Shown one piece after another: positions 1 to 10,298 of a stretch of 64,000 bases of DNA; the first letter of the stretch is position 1; every line of letters begins with the position of its first letter. Source of the stretch: Desulfobacterales bacterium (GTDB taxonomy: Bacteria; Desulfobacterota; Desulfobacteria; Desulfobacterales; UBA2174). A program made the translations under genes and the position numbers. Location: the NCBI GenBank assembly GCA_963668645.2, contig CAXXWC010000021.1:448001-512000 (forward strand), in the 5' to 3' direction. The notes below the pieces were generated by a model. The model had not been told where the DNA came from, did no database searches, and saw only the letters and a program-made list of their open reading frames with translations.

Positions 1-1518
1 CTCAAGTACATGGAACAGATCCTCTTCGGCCTGCACGATTTTCTCAAAACGCATGTGGGCATCACCCGGGAGGCTTCACTGCGCGATCTGGCGGCCCGCT
101 TCACCGATGTGACCATCGCCGAGCACCCGGAAAAAAAGCTGGCCGGAATCATCAGCGAATTGATCGAAGAGATCGCCCCCCACGCGGTCAATGTGGCCTC
201 TCCCTACTTCGTGGGGCACATGACCGCCGCTATCCCCTTTTTCATGGTGCACCTGAAAACCATCGTGGCGGCCCTGAACCAGAACGTGGTCAAGCTGGAG
301 ACCTCCAAGGTGGTCTCGGTGCTCGAAAAACAGGTGCTGGCCAAACTTCACCGGCTCATCTTCGGCCTCAGCGACGATTTTTACGCCACGTATGTGCAGA
401 ATCCGGACACCTGCCTGGGCACCTTCGTGGAAGACGGCACCCTGGCTAACCTGACGGCGCTGTGGGTGGCCCGCAACCGGCTGCTGGGCCCTTTGCCGGG
501 ATTTTCAGGGATCGAGGCCGAAGGTCTGCCGGCGGCCATGGAGGCCCATGGCGTGCGGCGCGTCGTGGTACTCGCTTCGCGCCTGGCCCACCACAGCCTG
601 CGCAAGGCCGGGGGGGTTCTGGGCATCGGCAGCGCCAACGTGCTCGGCCTGCCGGTGGACGCCCGCAACCGGGTCGATCTACGAGCTTTGCAAGGCATTT
701 TGAAGGATCTGCAAAAAGACGGCACCCGCGTCATGGCCCTGGTCGGCATTGCCGGCACCACCGAGGCCGGCACCATCGATCCTTTGACCCAGCTGGCCGA
801 AATCGCCGCCGAGCGCGGCATCCACTTCCATGTGGACGCCGCCTGGGGCGGAGCGACCCTCATGTCACCGGCTTACCGCCATCTTCTCCAGGGCATCGAG
901 CGAGCCGATTCAGTCACCATCGACGGTCACAAACAGTTTTATATGCCCATGAGCTGCGGCATGGTCTATTTCCGCGATCCGCATTACATGGACGCCGTGG
1001 CCTACCACGCGCGCTATATCAACCGCCCCGGTTCGGTGGATCTGGGCATCCGTTCGCTTTGCGGCAGCCGGGAGGCCGCCTCCCTGATTTTGCACAGCGC
1101 CTTGAAAATCATGGGCAGCCAAGGCTACGCGCTGCTCATCGACCACGGGATCCAGACGGCCAGGGCCTTTGCCGAAGAGATCCGCCGCCGGCCGGATTTC
1201 GAACTGCTCAGCGCACCGGAGCTCAACATCGTGTTGTACCGGTTGCGCCCCCGCGACCCGTCACCTGGCGGTCTTTCTCGAAGCGATCTCAACCAGCGCT
1301 TGAACCGGATCAATATCCGGATCCAGCGTCTCCAGCGCGAAGCGGGCAAGAGCTTCGTCTCGCGCACCACCGTGTTTGATCCCACCGAACCCGAACAACC
1401 CATCGTCGCGCTTCGCTGTGTGCTGATGAACCCCATGACCACCATGGCGATCCTGCACGAGATCCTCGATGAACAGACGGACATTTATCAGCGGCAAGTG
1501 GCTGCCGTCGACGGATGA
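1..1518 (+). CDS. panP: Group II PLP-dependent decarboxylase, PanP-like (putative aspartate 1-decarboxylase); probably 5'-truncated by the window edge
   Basis: Motifs FVGHM, GTLANLTAL, GIAGTTEAGTID, HFHVDAAWGG and DSVTIDGHK (PLP lysine); frame is open back to base 1. Confidence 0.8.
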   Translation, partial: LKYMEQILFGLHDFLKTHVGITREASLRDLAARFTDVTIAEHPEKKLAGIISELIEEIAPHAVNVASPYFVGHMTAAIPFFMVHLKTIVAALNQNVVKLETSKVVSVLEKQVLAKLHRLIFGLSDDFYATYVQNPDTCLGTFVEDGTLANLTALWVARNRLLGPLPGFSGIEAEGLPAAMEAHGVRRVVVLASRLAHHSLRKAGGVLGIGSANVLGLPVDARNRVDLRALQGILKDLQKDGTRVMALVGIAGTTEAGTIDPLTQLAEIAAERGIHFHVDAAWGGATLMSPAYRHLLQGIERADSVTIDGHKQFYMPMSCGMVYFRDPHYMDAVAYHARYINRPGSVDLGIRSLCGSREAASLILHSALKIMGSQGYALLIDHGIQTARAFAEEIRRRPDFELLSAPELNIVLYRLRPRDPSPGGLSRSDLNQRLNRINIRIQRLQREAGKSFVSRTTVFDPTEPEQPIVALRCVLMNPMTTMAILHEILDEQTDIYQRQVAAVDG

Positions 1519-1747
1519 TTCAACTGCCGGCTTTTGCGGTAAGACCCCAGCGCTCCGAATCGCGAAAGCGGCTTTGTGGCGGATCCGCCTCCTTTCCAGG
1601 ACGCAAAAAAAGCTGACACCGCCGCCGGATTTTTGCGTGCACCGGCGCGGACGCGGGCGCCGTTTTGCCCCGGTGCAACCCGCTGGAAACGCCCGCCGCG
1701 CCGCCTGAAGCGGTTTCAGGCCGGCCGTGCACTTCGGTTTTGACGAC

Positions 1748-1763
1748 TGGCACGGCCTTTGCT
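1748..1763 (+). promoter_or_regulatory. sigma54 -24/-12 promoter
   Basis: TGGCAC-GGCCT-TTGCT is a perfect consensus, about 40 bp upstream of ATG 1803. Confidence 0.8.
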
Positions 1764-1802
1764 GTCTATTGGGGGCGGAAAAAATTTCCTGGTGAGCATA
1801 AT

Positions 1803-3950
1803 ATGTCAGAACTGACCAAACGTCCGGTTGTGGAAAAACAGATCATTCTGGCGGTAGCCGGAATCCTGGTGGTGTTCTTATCCATCGGCGTCTCGCTCAG
1901 TTCATGGTCCGGTGAAGAGGTCCGCCAGATCGTCAAAAACCAGTTCAACGCCGAACAGCTTGTGGTGGCCCGCAGTGTCAAAGGGCTCATCGAGCGAGAA
2001 CTCAATTTCCTCAAACGCGAAATCCAGCTTCTGGCCCGTGAGGCGGGACGCGGCGTTTTTTCACCGGAAACGATGCAGGCCGCGATCCAGATGTCCTTCA
2101 GCCGGGTGATCGAAAGCGGGGTGCGGCGCATCGAAATCTACGACTTTGAAAACGACCGCCTCTTTCTCTACCTGCCGTACCGCCAATGGAGCCTCGCCGA
2201 AAAGGACGTCGACCTGCCGGACAACACCACCATGGCCCAAGCCTTCGCCCAGGAGCGGATCTGGGTGAGCACACCGGTGCTCAAGGGTGCCGAAATCTAC
2301 CTGACGCTGGCCGCCCCCCTGGCCGATCAGACCGGGCTGCACCTTTTTTTTCACATCAACGTCTCATGGTTTTTGGCCCCTTTCATCAAGCATATCCGCT
2401 CGGGTGAAACCGGCTATGCCTGGGTCATCGACGGCAAAGGTCGTTTCCTCTATCATCCGGAAATCTCCTATATCGGCAAAAGCGCCTTCAAGGCGCGCGC
2501 CGAAAAGTTCCCGGATTTTTCTTTCCAGCGGATCAATGAAATCCAGCAAAAGCATATGCTGCGCGGCGAGGAAGGCACCGGCATATACGATTCTTCCTGG
2601 CACCGGGGGCTTACCGGCGAACTGATCAAGCTGATCGCCTTTACGCCCATCACGGTGGCCACCTCACCGCCCCAGCACTGGTCGGTGGCGGTGGTGGCGC
2701 CGGAAAGCGAAATCGAAGCTGCCGTGCGCCGCAGCCATTTCCTGCTGTGGTCCTTGCAGGGGCTGGGACTTTTCATCCTCCTGGCGGCCGGCGTGACCAT
2801 CGTGGCCCTGGAGATGCGCTGGTCCCGGCGGCTCGAAAGGCTGGTGGACAACCGGACCCTGGCCCTGCGCCGCAGCGAGGAAGACTATCGCAGCCTGGTG
2901 GAAAGCGCCGAAGACTTCATTTACACCGTCGACAGCGAGGCCCAGTTCCTTTCGGTCAACAGTTTTACGGCCAAGTTCTTCGGGCAGGATCCGGAACAGC
3001 TCGCCGGCCGGCCCCTCGACGCCCTTTTCAGTGAAGCCGTCGCCGCGCGCCAGCGCGAACATATCACCCGGGTCTTCCAGAGGGGCCGCAGCATCCGCGA
3101 TGAATTCGAAATCCAGAGCGGTGGCGGCAGTATTTGGCTCGGTGCCAACTTCATGCCGGTGCGCGGTGAAACAGGTGTGGTGCAGGCCGTTTTGTGCATC
3201 GCCCGGGACGTCACCGAAAACAAACAGTTGCAGGAGCACCTGATCAACACCGAAAAGCTGGCCTCCATCGGCACCCTGGCCGCCGGCTTCGCCCACGAAA
3301 TCAACAACCCGCTGGGGGTCATGCTCGGGTTTTGCGACCTGCTGCTGCGCGGCCGCGAACCGGGTTCCCAGGAGCATGAGGACCTCAAAACCATCGAACG
3401 CCAGGGGATGCACTGCAAGGAGATCGTGGAAAACCTGCTCAGCTTCGCCCGCAGCCGGGGGGACAACTCGGAAAACGCGGCTCTGAATCGCTGCATCGAG
3501 GAGATCGTGCGTGTGGTGCGCCACAATCTGGAAATGAACGACATCGAAATCCATACCAGCCTGGACGAGTCCATCGGAATGGTCAGCGGCGATCACCGCC
3601 AGTTGCAGCAAGTCTTTCTCAATCTGATCAACAACGCCACCGCGGCCATGCCCGAGGGTGGCAGCCTGACGATCTCCAGCCGGCTCGAAAAAGGCGGCCG
3701 CTGGGCTTCGGTCCGGATCCGTGACACCGGAGGCGGAATCCAGCCCGAAGATCTGGATCACATCTTCGAACCGTTTTACACCACCAAACCCGAAGGTGAA
3801 GGTACGGGCCTGGGACTCTTTGTCAGCTACGGCATCGTGACCCGCTACGGCGGCAGCATCGAGTGCCAGAGCCACACCACCGAGACTCCCGGCCGTCCCC
3901 GGGGCACGACCTTCACGGTGAAGCTTCCCGTGCGGATCAAGGAGGCATAA
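1803..3950 (+). CDS. Sensor histidine kinase (TM-Cache-TM-PAS-HisKA-HATPase)
   Basis: Two TM segments, GETGYAWVID Cache-like motif, PAS region, H-box AHEINNPL, N-box QVFLNLINNA, DTGGGI, GTGLGL. Confidence 0.9.
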   Translation: MSELTKRPVVEKQIILAVAGILVVFLSIGVSLSSWSGEEVRQIVKNQFNAEQLVVARSVKGLIERELNFLKREIQLLAREAGRGVFSPETMQAAIQMSFSRVIESGVRRIEIYDFENDRLFLYLPYRQWSLAEKDVDLPDNTTMAQAFAQERIWVSTPVLKGAEIYLTLAAPLADQTGLHLFFHINVSWFLAPFIKHIRSGETGYAWVIDGKGRFLYHPEISYIGKSAFKARAEKFPDFSFQRINEIQQKHMLRGEEGTGIYDSSWHRGLTGELIKLIAFTPITVATSPPQHWSVAVVAPESEIEAAVRRSHFLLWSLQGLGLFILLAAGVTIVALEMRWSRRLERLVDNRTLALRRSEEDYRSLVESAEDFIYTVDSEAQFLSVNSFTAKFFGQDPEQLAGRPLDALFSEAVAARQREHITRVFQRGRSIRDEFEIQSGGGSIWLGANFMPVRGETGVVQAVLCIARDVTENKQLQEHLINTEKLASIGTLAAGFAHEINNPLGVMLGFCDLLLRGREPGSQEHEDLKTIERQGMHCKEIVENLLSFARSRGDNSENAALNRCIEEIVRVVRHNLEMNDIEIHTSLDESIGMVSGDHRQLQQVFLNLINNATAAMPEGGSLTISSRLEKGGRWASVRIRDTGGGIQPEDLDHIFEPFYTTKPEGEGTGLGLFVSYGIVTRYGGSIECQSHTTETPGRPRGTTFTVKLPVRIKEA

Positions 3951-5350
3951 TGGGCGGACGTATTCTGGCAGTGGACGATGAAAAAGACATGCTGGCCCTG
4001 CTGCGTCGGATCATCGACGAAGAGACCGATTATGAACTGATTACCGAATCCGATCCGCTCCAGGCCCTGGAAAGGTTCAAGGCCGAACCCTTCGATCTGG
4101 TAATCAGCGATCTGAAGATGCCCAGGATGGACGGGCTGCGTCTGCTCGAGGCCATTCAGGGGCACAACCCCAAAGCGGCCGTGATCCTGATGACCGCCTA
4201 CGGCACCATCGAAACGGCTGTTGAGGCTACCCGTAAAGGAGCCCAGGATTTCATCACCAAGCCGTTCCGGCGTGAACGGATCCTGGTCACGGTGGAAAGG
4301 GTCATGCAGTGGCATCGCATGGCCAAGGAAAACGAGCGCCTGCGCGAGGCGTTGGCCCACAAGGAGGGGTTTGCCAGCCTGGTCGGAGCCAGCGCCAAAA
4401 TGAAGGAGGTGTTCGAACGCATCCGCCAGGTCGCCCCCACCCAGGGCACGGTGCTGATTACCGGCCCTTCGGGCACCGGCAAGGAGCTGGTAGCCAGGGC
4501 TATCCATCAGTACAGCCAGCGGCACGAACACAAACTGGTCACGGTCAACTGCACCGCCATTCCGGAAAACGTGCTTGAAAGCGAACTGTTCGGCCACATG
4601 CGCGGCGCCTTCACCGGGGCCTGGAAGGACAAAAGCGGTCTGGCGGCCGAAGCCGACGGGGGGACCTTGTTTCTCGATGAAATCGGGGATCTGTCGCCCC
4701 TGATGCAAACCAAGTTGCTGCGCCTGCTTCAGGAAGGTGAATACAAACCGGTGGGCAGCGTGGTGACCCACAAAGCCGACATCCGCTTCATCGCCGCGAC
4801 CAACCACAATCTTAAAACCGCCATCCGGGAGCGGACCTTTCGCGAAGATCTTTACTACCGGCTCAACGTGATCCATTTCGACCTGCCGCCTCTGCGCGAC
4901 CGCAAGGGCGACATTCCTCTGCTGGCCTACCATTTTCTTAAAAAATACGCCCAGGCCAACCAGAAGCCCATCGAGGACATCTCACCGGTGGCTCTCCAGA
5001 CCCTTTCGGGCCGTGATTACCCGGGCAACGTGCGCGAGCTGGAAAACATCATCGAACGCGGGGTAATCTACTGCCGGGGAAAAGCCCTGACGGTCAAGGA
5101 TCTGCTGCTTGACAGCGACCGGGAGACGATCTTTCCGGAGTTGGATATCGACATGGCGCGTATGCCCTTCAAGGACGCCAAGGATCGGATGATGCAGATG
5201 TTTCACCAGCATTACATCGAGGCCCTGCTGCGAGAACACGGGGGCAACATCAGCCGGGCGGCGGAAACCGCCGGGATCCAGCGCCAGTACCTGCACCGGT
5301 TGATCAAGGAGACCGGCATCGAAGCCGATACGTTCAAAGAGAGGGTGTAA
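3950..5350 (+). CDS. sigma54-dependent response regulator (REC-AAA+-Fis HTH)
   Basis: ILAVDD/DLKMP receiver, GPSGTGKE, ESELFGH, GAFTGA, LFLDE, FREDLYYRL, PGNVREL, C-terminal HTH; TAATG overlap with the kinase. Confidence 0.95.
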   Translation: MGGRILAVDDEKDMLALLRRIIDEETDYELITESDPLQALERFKAEPFDLVISDLKMPRMDGLRLLEAIQGHNPKAAVILMTAYGTIETAVEATRKGAQDFITKPFRRERILVTVERVMQWHRMAKENERLREALAHKEGFASLVGASAKMKEVFERIRQVAPTQGTVLITGPSGTGKELVARAIHQYSQRHEHKLVTVNCTAIPENVLESELFGHMRGAFTGAWKDKSGLAAEADGGTLFLDEIGDLSPLMQTKLLRLLQEGEYKPVGSVVTHKADIRFIAATNHNLKTAIRERTFREDLYYRLNVIHFDLPPLRDRKGDIPLLAYHFLKKYAQANQKPIEDISPVALQTLSGRDYPGNVRELENIIERGVIYCRGKALTVKDLLLDSDRETIFPELDIDMARMPFKDAKDRMMQMFHQHYIEALLREHGGNISRAAETAGIQRQYLHRLIKETGIEADTFKERV

Positions 5351-5380
5351 GCGGGGTATTAAGCGCCGCGCTATTCCTTT

Positions 5381-5650
5381 TTAGTCGGATTTAGTCCGAG
5401 TCTCTGCTTTACGAGGTGCATGCGCCCGGCCGCGTCCGGAAGGCGGCTCGATGCCCAGACGGCGAAAAGCCTCGGCCAAATCCACCCGGCCCACCGGCCG
5501 GTTGTGGTGCACCACGGCGATTTCCCGCAGGCCGCCGGCCACCATCATCTCCACGGCCCGCACCAGGCGGTCCTCCAGCCCCACACAGGGGCTGACGGCC
5601 AGCTCTGAACGGTAGGGCCGTATGATGTCATGGACCCGATGGTGGCGCAT
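5381..5650 (-). CDS. Small CBS-domain protein
   Basis: VHDII..AVEMM..IAVVHHNRPVGRV single CBS-like motif; ATG chosen at 5650. Confidence 0.6.
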   Translation of the reverse strand: MRHHRVHDIIRPYRSELAVSPCVGLEDRLVRAVEMMVAGGLREIAVVHHNRPVGRVDLAEAFRRLGIEPPSGRGRAHAPRKAETRTKSD

Positions 5651-5886
5651 AAGGTTGACTCCAGCCGTTGATGTCTCCGGGCGCGCCTGCGGCCACCCGC
5701 ACATCCCGAGCTAAAGCAAAAACGATACCATTTCACCGCGAGCCCCTCGATATCATCAAACGCCTCAGTCCGGATCAACCGACCGCTTAAGATTTCAATT
5801 ATACGTAATTTTTAGTGAAAACCACCCCACTCACCAACCGCCGTCACCCCGCGGTGGGCTGCCGACGCCCGGCCCGGCAGGCACCC

Positions 5887-5938
5887 TGTCCACCATAGAC
5901 ATACAGTGGGGTGGGGAATTGTCCACCACCGATATCCA
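5887..5938 (+). promoter_or_regulatory. Tandem putative enhancer (UAS) sites, TGTCCACC-N8-(A/C)CA
   Basis: TGTCCACCATAGACATACA (5887-5905) and TGTCCACCACCGATATCCA (5920-5938), upstream of the sigma54 promoter at 6023; same motif recurs at 14305. Confidence 0.55.
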
Positions 5939-6022
5939 GTCGCATTCCGCCGAAGGCGCTGCTTCCGCCGCCATCGGGCGTCATTCAAGCCTTTAAGCAA
6001 ATAATTATTTCTTCCACGACTT

Positions 6023-6038
6023 TGGCACGGCATTTGTT
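6023..6038 (+). promoter_or_regulatory. sigma54 -24/-12 promoter
   Basis: TGGCAC-GGCAT-TTGTT, preceded by an AT-rich IHF-like stretch (TAAGCAAATAATTA). Confidence 0.65.
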
Positions 6039-6170
6039 AGAAGTGAAGGCCAAGATCGGGGTTCTGGTAGTGAAGCGTCAAGTTTTAAAAGAGACTTAAG
6101 CCCGATGGCCGCGGCACCTGCCGCCAACAACTTAAAACGGCATTATCACTACCCCAAAGGAGGCGGAAAC

Positions 6171-7217
6171 ATGGAAGAGGCTAAAAGCCAGAAGATTACA
6201 GGATTTGAAGTGGCAAGGGAGCTCGAGGGCAAGAAGAAAACCATCAGAGAACGGCTCATTCCAGAATGGAACCACGTTAAGGCGGCCGGAGGCGGCATCG
6301 TCGTCTTTTTCATCCTTTTTCTGGTGGGCATCTGGCTGGCGGGCAACCCCTTCGAGGCCACGGTACGCCTGCCGTCCAAGTACGTGATCGAACACGGGCT
6401 GACCGGCAACGAGTGGAGCGTCGTCTGGAGCGTGGTGCTGCTTGCGGCCTTTTTCGAGTTCATGGACGCCTCGGCCGGCATGGGCTTCGGCACGGCCCTG
6501 ACCCCCATGCTGCTCATGGTCGGTTTCGATCCGAAGCAGATCGTGCCGGTGGTCATGATCCAGCAGGGTGCCGCCGGCCTGGTGGGAGCCTTCCTGCACC
6601 GAGAGTTCGAGAACGTGGAGTGGAAGTTCTCGCCCATGAGCGAATCGATCAAGCTCTGGCTGATCATCGCGGGCACCGGGGTGCTTTTCAACGTCACGGC
6701 CATCGTCGGTGTTTACAAAATCTTTAAAATCGGTAAAATCTGGATCAAGCTCTACGTGGCCATCCTGCTGCTGGTCATGGGGGCCGTATCCTTGTTCCAG
6801 TCCAAAAAAGACAGGCCCTATAAACCGGGCAAGATGGTTCTCTGGGCGGCCCTGGCCGGATTCAACAAGGGGGTCGGCGGCGGCGGCTACGGGCCGGTGG
6901 TCACCATCGGCGGCCTGCTGGCCGGTGTGCCGGTAAAAAGCATGCTGGCGGTGACGGCCATCAGCGAAGGCACGGTGAGCACCATTGCTGTAATCGCCTG
7001 GGTGCTGATGCTCACCAGCGGGGTCAAGATCGACTACATCCTGCTGCCCAGCTTCATGCTCGCCACCATGTTCTCGGCCGTGGCGGCGCCTTACATGACG
7101 CGGGTCTTTCCCGAGAAACTGTGGAAGATCGTGGTGCCGGCCTACTGTCTTTGCCTGACGGCCTACGCCTTTTACAAGATCATGCCCGACCTGATGAAAA
7201 AGCTGGCCGGCGGTTGA
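6171..7217 (+). CDS. TSUP (TauE/SafE) family membrane transporter
   Basis: FMDASAGMGFGTALTP and FNKGVGGGGYGPVV repeats, many TM helices; GGAGG RBS before ATG 6171. Confidence 0.85.
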   Translation: MEEAKSQKITGFEVARELEGKKKTIRERLIPEWNHVKAAGGGIVVFFILFLVGIWLAGNPFEATVRLPSKYVIEHGLTGNEWSVVWSVVLLAAFFEFMDASAGMGFGTALTPMLLMVGFDPKQIVPVVMIQQGAAGLVGAFLHREFENVEWKFSPMSESIKLWLIIAGTGVLFNVTAIVGVYKIFKIGKIWIKLYVAILLLVMGAVSLFQSKKDRPYKPGKMVLWAALAGFNKGVGGGGYGPVVTIGGLLAGVPVKSMLAVTAISEGTVSTIAVIAWVLMLTSGVKIDYILLPSFMLATMFSAVAAPYMTRVFPEKLWKIVVPAYCLCLTAYAFYKIMPDLMKKLAGG

Positions 7218-7317
7218 TCCGGGAACGGCGCCGCCTGCAACCGCTGCAAGCGGCGCCGCAAGCCCTTTCAACCCGAAAACAGACATCCGATCCATGAACC
7301 GGAAGCGAGACGAAAAG

Positions 7318-7854
7318 ATGAACGCCACCCAGACCGAAAAAACGATGTTCATGCCGGCCGGCAGCCGCCCCCAGCGCAGCTTTTTTCAGAGCCGCCTGGC
7401 CAACTTCGGCCTGACCATGATCATCATGGGGGCCAGCTTCGCCCTTTACTATCTGGGACTCTTCGGCACCGTGGACGGCCCTTTGGCCCCTGAACGGATG
7501 GGGTCGTCCCTGGCCGAAATGGGGGTTACCCAGCGTCATGTGATCGTTCTGCTGCTCACCGTGCTCATCGCCGCACTGACCTGGAACTGGATTTTCAATC
7601 TGGCCAGCCTGATGACCGGCCGGCGCATGACCTGCAACGCGATGGACAAGACCACCGGCGAGGTCTGCGGCGCGGCGGTCGAACGGCGCAAGCATACCGG
7701 CAAACGCAGCGGCCAGACCGTGGTGGAGTACCGCTGCCCCCACGGCCACCTGCGGCCCGAGGCCCATTTCCATCCGGTGCGCAAGGGAACGGTGAGCAAC
7801 ACCATCTGGGTCGGGTGCGCCATCTTCACGCTGATCGCATTCTTCTGCGTCTGA
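7318..7854 (+). CDS. Hypothetical membrane protein with a Cys/His zinc-ribbon-like loop
   Basis: Three hydrophobic helices; C-X10-C...YRCPHGH; alternative ATG at 7294. Confidence 0.7.
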   Translation: MNATQTEKTMFMPAGSRPQRSFFQSRLANFGLTMIIMGASFALYYLGLFGTVDGPLAPERMGSSLAEMGVTQRHVIVLLLTVLIAALTWNWIFNLASLMTGRRMTCNAMDKTTGEVCGAAVERRKHTGKRSGQTVVEYRCPHGHLRPEAHFHPVRKGTVSNTIWVGCAIFTLIAFFCV

Positions 7855-7896
7855 AACGATATCTTGCCGCGCACCGCGGACACGATCCCTTCTGCT

Positions 7897-7933
7897 GGCT
7901 GCCGGCCCCCTTTTTGAAAGGGGGCCGGCAGCC
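7897..7933 (+). terminator. GC-rich hairpin, probable intrinsic terminator
   Basis: GGCTGCCGGCCCCCTT / AAGGGGGCCGGCAGCC inverted repeat. Confidence 0.65.
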
Positions 7934-7977
7934 TTGCCGCCCTTTTTAAGCAAAACACCCCGATGCGACCTGGAGGA

Positions 7978-9225
7978 ATGATGTTCTCCCATGAGACTCG
8001 ACCTGGCCCGGGCAAAACGGCCGGGTCCGCTTCCCCTCGATTGCCGGGAGGGGTTTGGGCACTCGGGTTCGTCTCGATGTTGATGGATATTTCCTCTGAA
8101 CTTGTTCACAGCCTGCTGCCGGTCTTCATGGCCACGACCCTGGGTGCGTCCATGGCCACCATCGGCATCGTCGAGGGGGTCGCGGAGGGTGCCGCCGCGA
8201 TCACCAAGGTCTTTTCCGGAACCTTGAGCGACTATTTCGGCAAACGCAAGGCTCTCGCCGTGGCGGGCTATGCCCTGGGAGCTGTCACCAAGCCGGTCTT
8301 TGCGCTGGCGCCGACCATCGGGTGGGTGTTCGGCGCACGCCTCACCGATCGCGTGGGCAAAGGGATCCGCGGGGCACCGCGGGACGCGCTGGTGGCCGAC
8401 ATCACACCGCCCGGCTTGCGCGGCGCGGCGTACGGGTTGCGCCAGGCCCTCGATTCGGTGGGCGCCTTTTTAGGTCCTTTGCTGGCGATCGCCTTGATGA
8501 CGAAATTTGTCTGCGATATCAAAACGGTGTTCTGGGTTGCGGTCATACCGGCCTTTTTCTCGGTGGGCCTGCTGGTGGTGGCGGTGCGCGAACCCGCGCC
8601 GCGACTCCAGACCGAAAATCATGCAAAGCGGCTGCAATTGGCGGATCTCAATCGCCTGGATCGGCGCTACTGGTTTGTGGTCGGACTCGGTGCCGTCTTT
8701 ACCCTGGCCCGTTTCAGCGAGGCTTTTCTGATTTTGCGCGCCCAGGACCTGGGGATGGCCGTCGCCCACCTGCCGGTGATCATGATCGTGATGAATATCT
8801 GCTATTCCATTTTTGCCTATCCGGCCGGAGCGGCGGCCGATCGCTTTTCGGTGCGCACACTGCTGGCATTCGGATTGGCATTGCTCGTTTTCGCCGATTT
8901 TTTCCTGGCCCTGGCCCAATCGCCCCGGACCGCGCTGGTGGGTGCGGCATTTTGGGGCCTGCACATGGCCTTCAGCCAGGGGTTGCTTTCGAAACTGGTG
9001 GCCGACAGTGCCCCTGCGGACCTTCGCGGTACGGCTTTCGGGGTTTTCAATCTGGTCATCGGCGTTGCCATTTTACTCGCCAGTGTGATTGCCGGGGTCT
9101 TGTGGACCGCCTTGGGGGCGATGGCGACCTTCGGCGCCGGCGCTGCCTTCGCACTTCTGGCGGCAATAGGGTTGCTCTTATGCGGGCCCAGGGACTACGC
9201 CCGCCAGAGCGCAGGCCATCGATAA
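7978..9225 (+). CDS. MFS transporter
   Basis: MDISSELVHSLLP, GTLSDYFGKRK motif A, DRVGKGIRGAPRDAL, about 12 TM helices. Confidence 0.9.
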   Translation: MMFSHETRPGPGKTAGSASPRLPGGVWALGFVSMLMDISSELVHSLLPVFMATTLGASMATIGIVEGVAEGAAAITKVFSGTLSDYFGKRKALAVAGYALGAVTKPVFALAPTIGWVFGARLTDRVGKGIRGAPRDALVADITPPGLRGAAYGLRQALDSVGAFLGPLLAIALMTKFVCDIKTVFWVAVIPAFFSVGLLVVAVREPAPRLQTENHAKRLQLADLNRLDRRYWFVVGLGAVFTLARFSEAFLILRAQDLGMAVAHLPVIMIVMNICYSIFAYPAGAAADRFSVRTLLAFGLALLVFADFFLALAQSPRTALVGAAFWGLHMAFSQGLLSKLVADSAPADLRGTAFGVFNLVIGVAILLASVIAGVLWTALGAMATFGAGAAFALLAAIGLLLCGPRDYARQSAGHR

Positions 9226-9313
9226 AAGGGCCGGGCAATCCGGTGCGCTGCCGACACGGCGGCGAACAATTCGAGCACGCGGCAGGTGGAATTTCAAAAC
9301 AGGAGAACCGGCC

Positions 9314-10213
9314 ATGGCTTCAAATAGAACGGTGCGCCTGCTTTTGGTTGACGACGAGGACGACTTTCGTGAAAATCTGGCCCGCCTGCTGCGCCGCCGC
9401 GGATTCGAAGTGGTCACCGCCGCAGATGGACTCGCCGCTCTCGGGCTCATCGACCCGGGCCATCCTTTCGATGTGGCCCTGCTCGACGTGCGCATGCCCG
9501 GCATGGACGGAATCACCACCCTGGAAACCTTGCGCCGCCAAGCGCCCGGAACCGAAGTGATCATGCTCACCGGCCATGCCTCTATCCAGGACGGAGCCGA
9601 GGCCATCCGCCTGGGGGCTTTCGACTACCTGCAAAAACCCTGCGATCTGGACGATCTGCTCCAGAAGCTGGACAGTGCCGCCCGGGCCGAAGCCATACGC
9701 CGCCACCCGGTGCTCTGGCCGCGGCATACCGCCGCCGAAATGACTTTCTGCGCCTTGCGGCGCATCGGTCCGGACGCACCCCTGGCAGAAGCCCTCGACT
9801 TTTTCGACCTGGACCGCAGCCCCCAGGCGGCCGACACGCTTTTTGTCATCGGCAACGACGATTCGCTCTGCGGTTTACTGACACGCGCGGACCTCATCGC
9901 CGCTGCGCGTGCAGCCGAACCACAGCGCAAGGTCTCCTGGCAGGATCTGCGCCGCAACCCACAGTGGCTTCCCGAAAATGCGGTGCGCACCATGATGCGC
10001 AACGGTCCGACCGTTCTTAAAGCCGCCCCCGACGAGCTGCTGGTCGAACTGGCCCGGCGCATGATTGCGCACAATATCCGCTCGATGCCGCTGGTCCAAG
10101 GCGACCGGGTGACAGGAATCGTGCGGCTACGCGACGTGTTGCAGTTCATCGACCTCCAGGGCCTGACGACGGTGGCCTCGGGGGAGAGATCGCAACCGGA
10201 CGGCCCAATTTAA
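9314..10213 (+). CDS. Response regulator with C-terminal CBS pair
   Basis: LLVDDEDD, LLDVRMPGMDG, LTGH, FDYLQKP; then CBS motifs (LCGLLTRADL, MPLVQGDRVTGIV); AGGAG RBS. Confidence 0.85.
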   Translation: MASNRTVRLLLVDDEDDFRENLARLLRRRGFEVVTAADGLAALGLIDPGHPFDVALLDVRMPGMDGITTLETLRRQAPGTEVIMLTGHASIQDGAEAIRLGAFDYLQKPCDLDDLLQKLDSAARAEAIRRHPVLWPRHTAAEMTFCALRRIGPDAPLAEALDFFDLDRSPQAADTLFVIGNDDSLCGLLTRADLIAAARAAEPQRKVSWQDLRRNPQWLPENAVRTMMRNGPTVLKAAPDELLVELARRMIAHNIRSMPLVQGDRVTGIVRLRDVLQFIDLQGLTTVASGERSQPDGPI

Positions 10214-10298
10214 GTTTTGACGGCCGCCTCTGGATTGGGTATGCGACCTCGTGTTACCCACGTTTGGGTGTTGCGGCATATTTTTACGGAGGCCCACC

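Noticed and set aside
1550..1625. GCGAAAGC ... GGACGCAAAA resembling a c-di-GMP-I riboswitch
   Set aside because: Lacks the upstream GGCAAA element and correct stem spacing, and lies upstream of the sigma54 promoter, so it is probably not in the transcript leader
1665..1802. Longer N-terminal extensions in the ORF track (e.g. 1665, 3863, 18989, 21952, 27226, 29544, 45032)
   Set aside because: They overlap promoters or upstream genes; downstream starts with an RBS or stop-start coupling fit better
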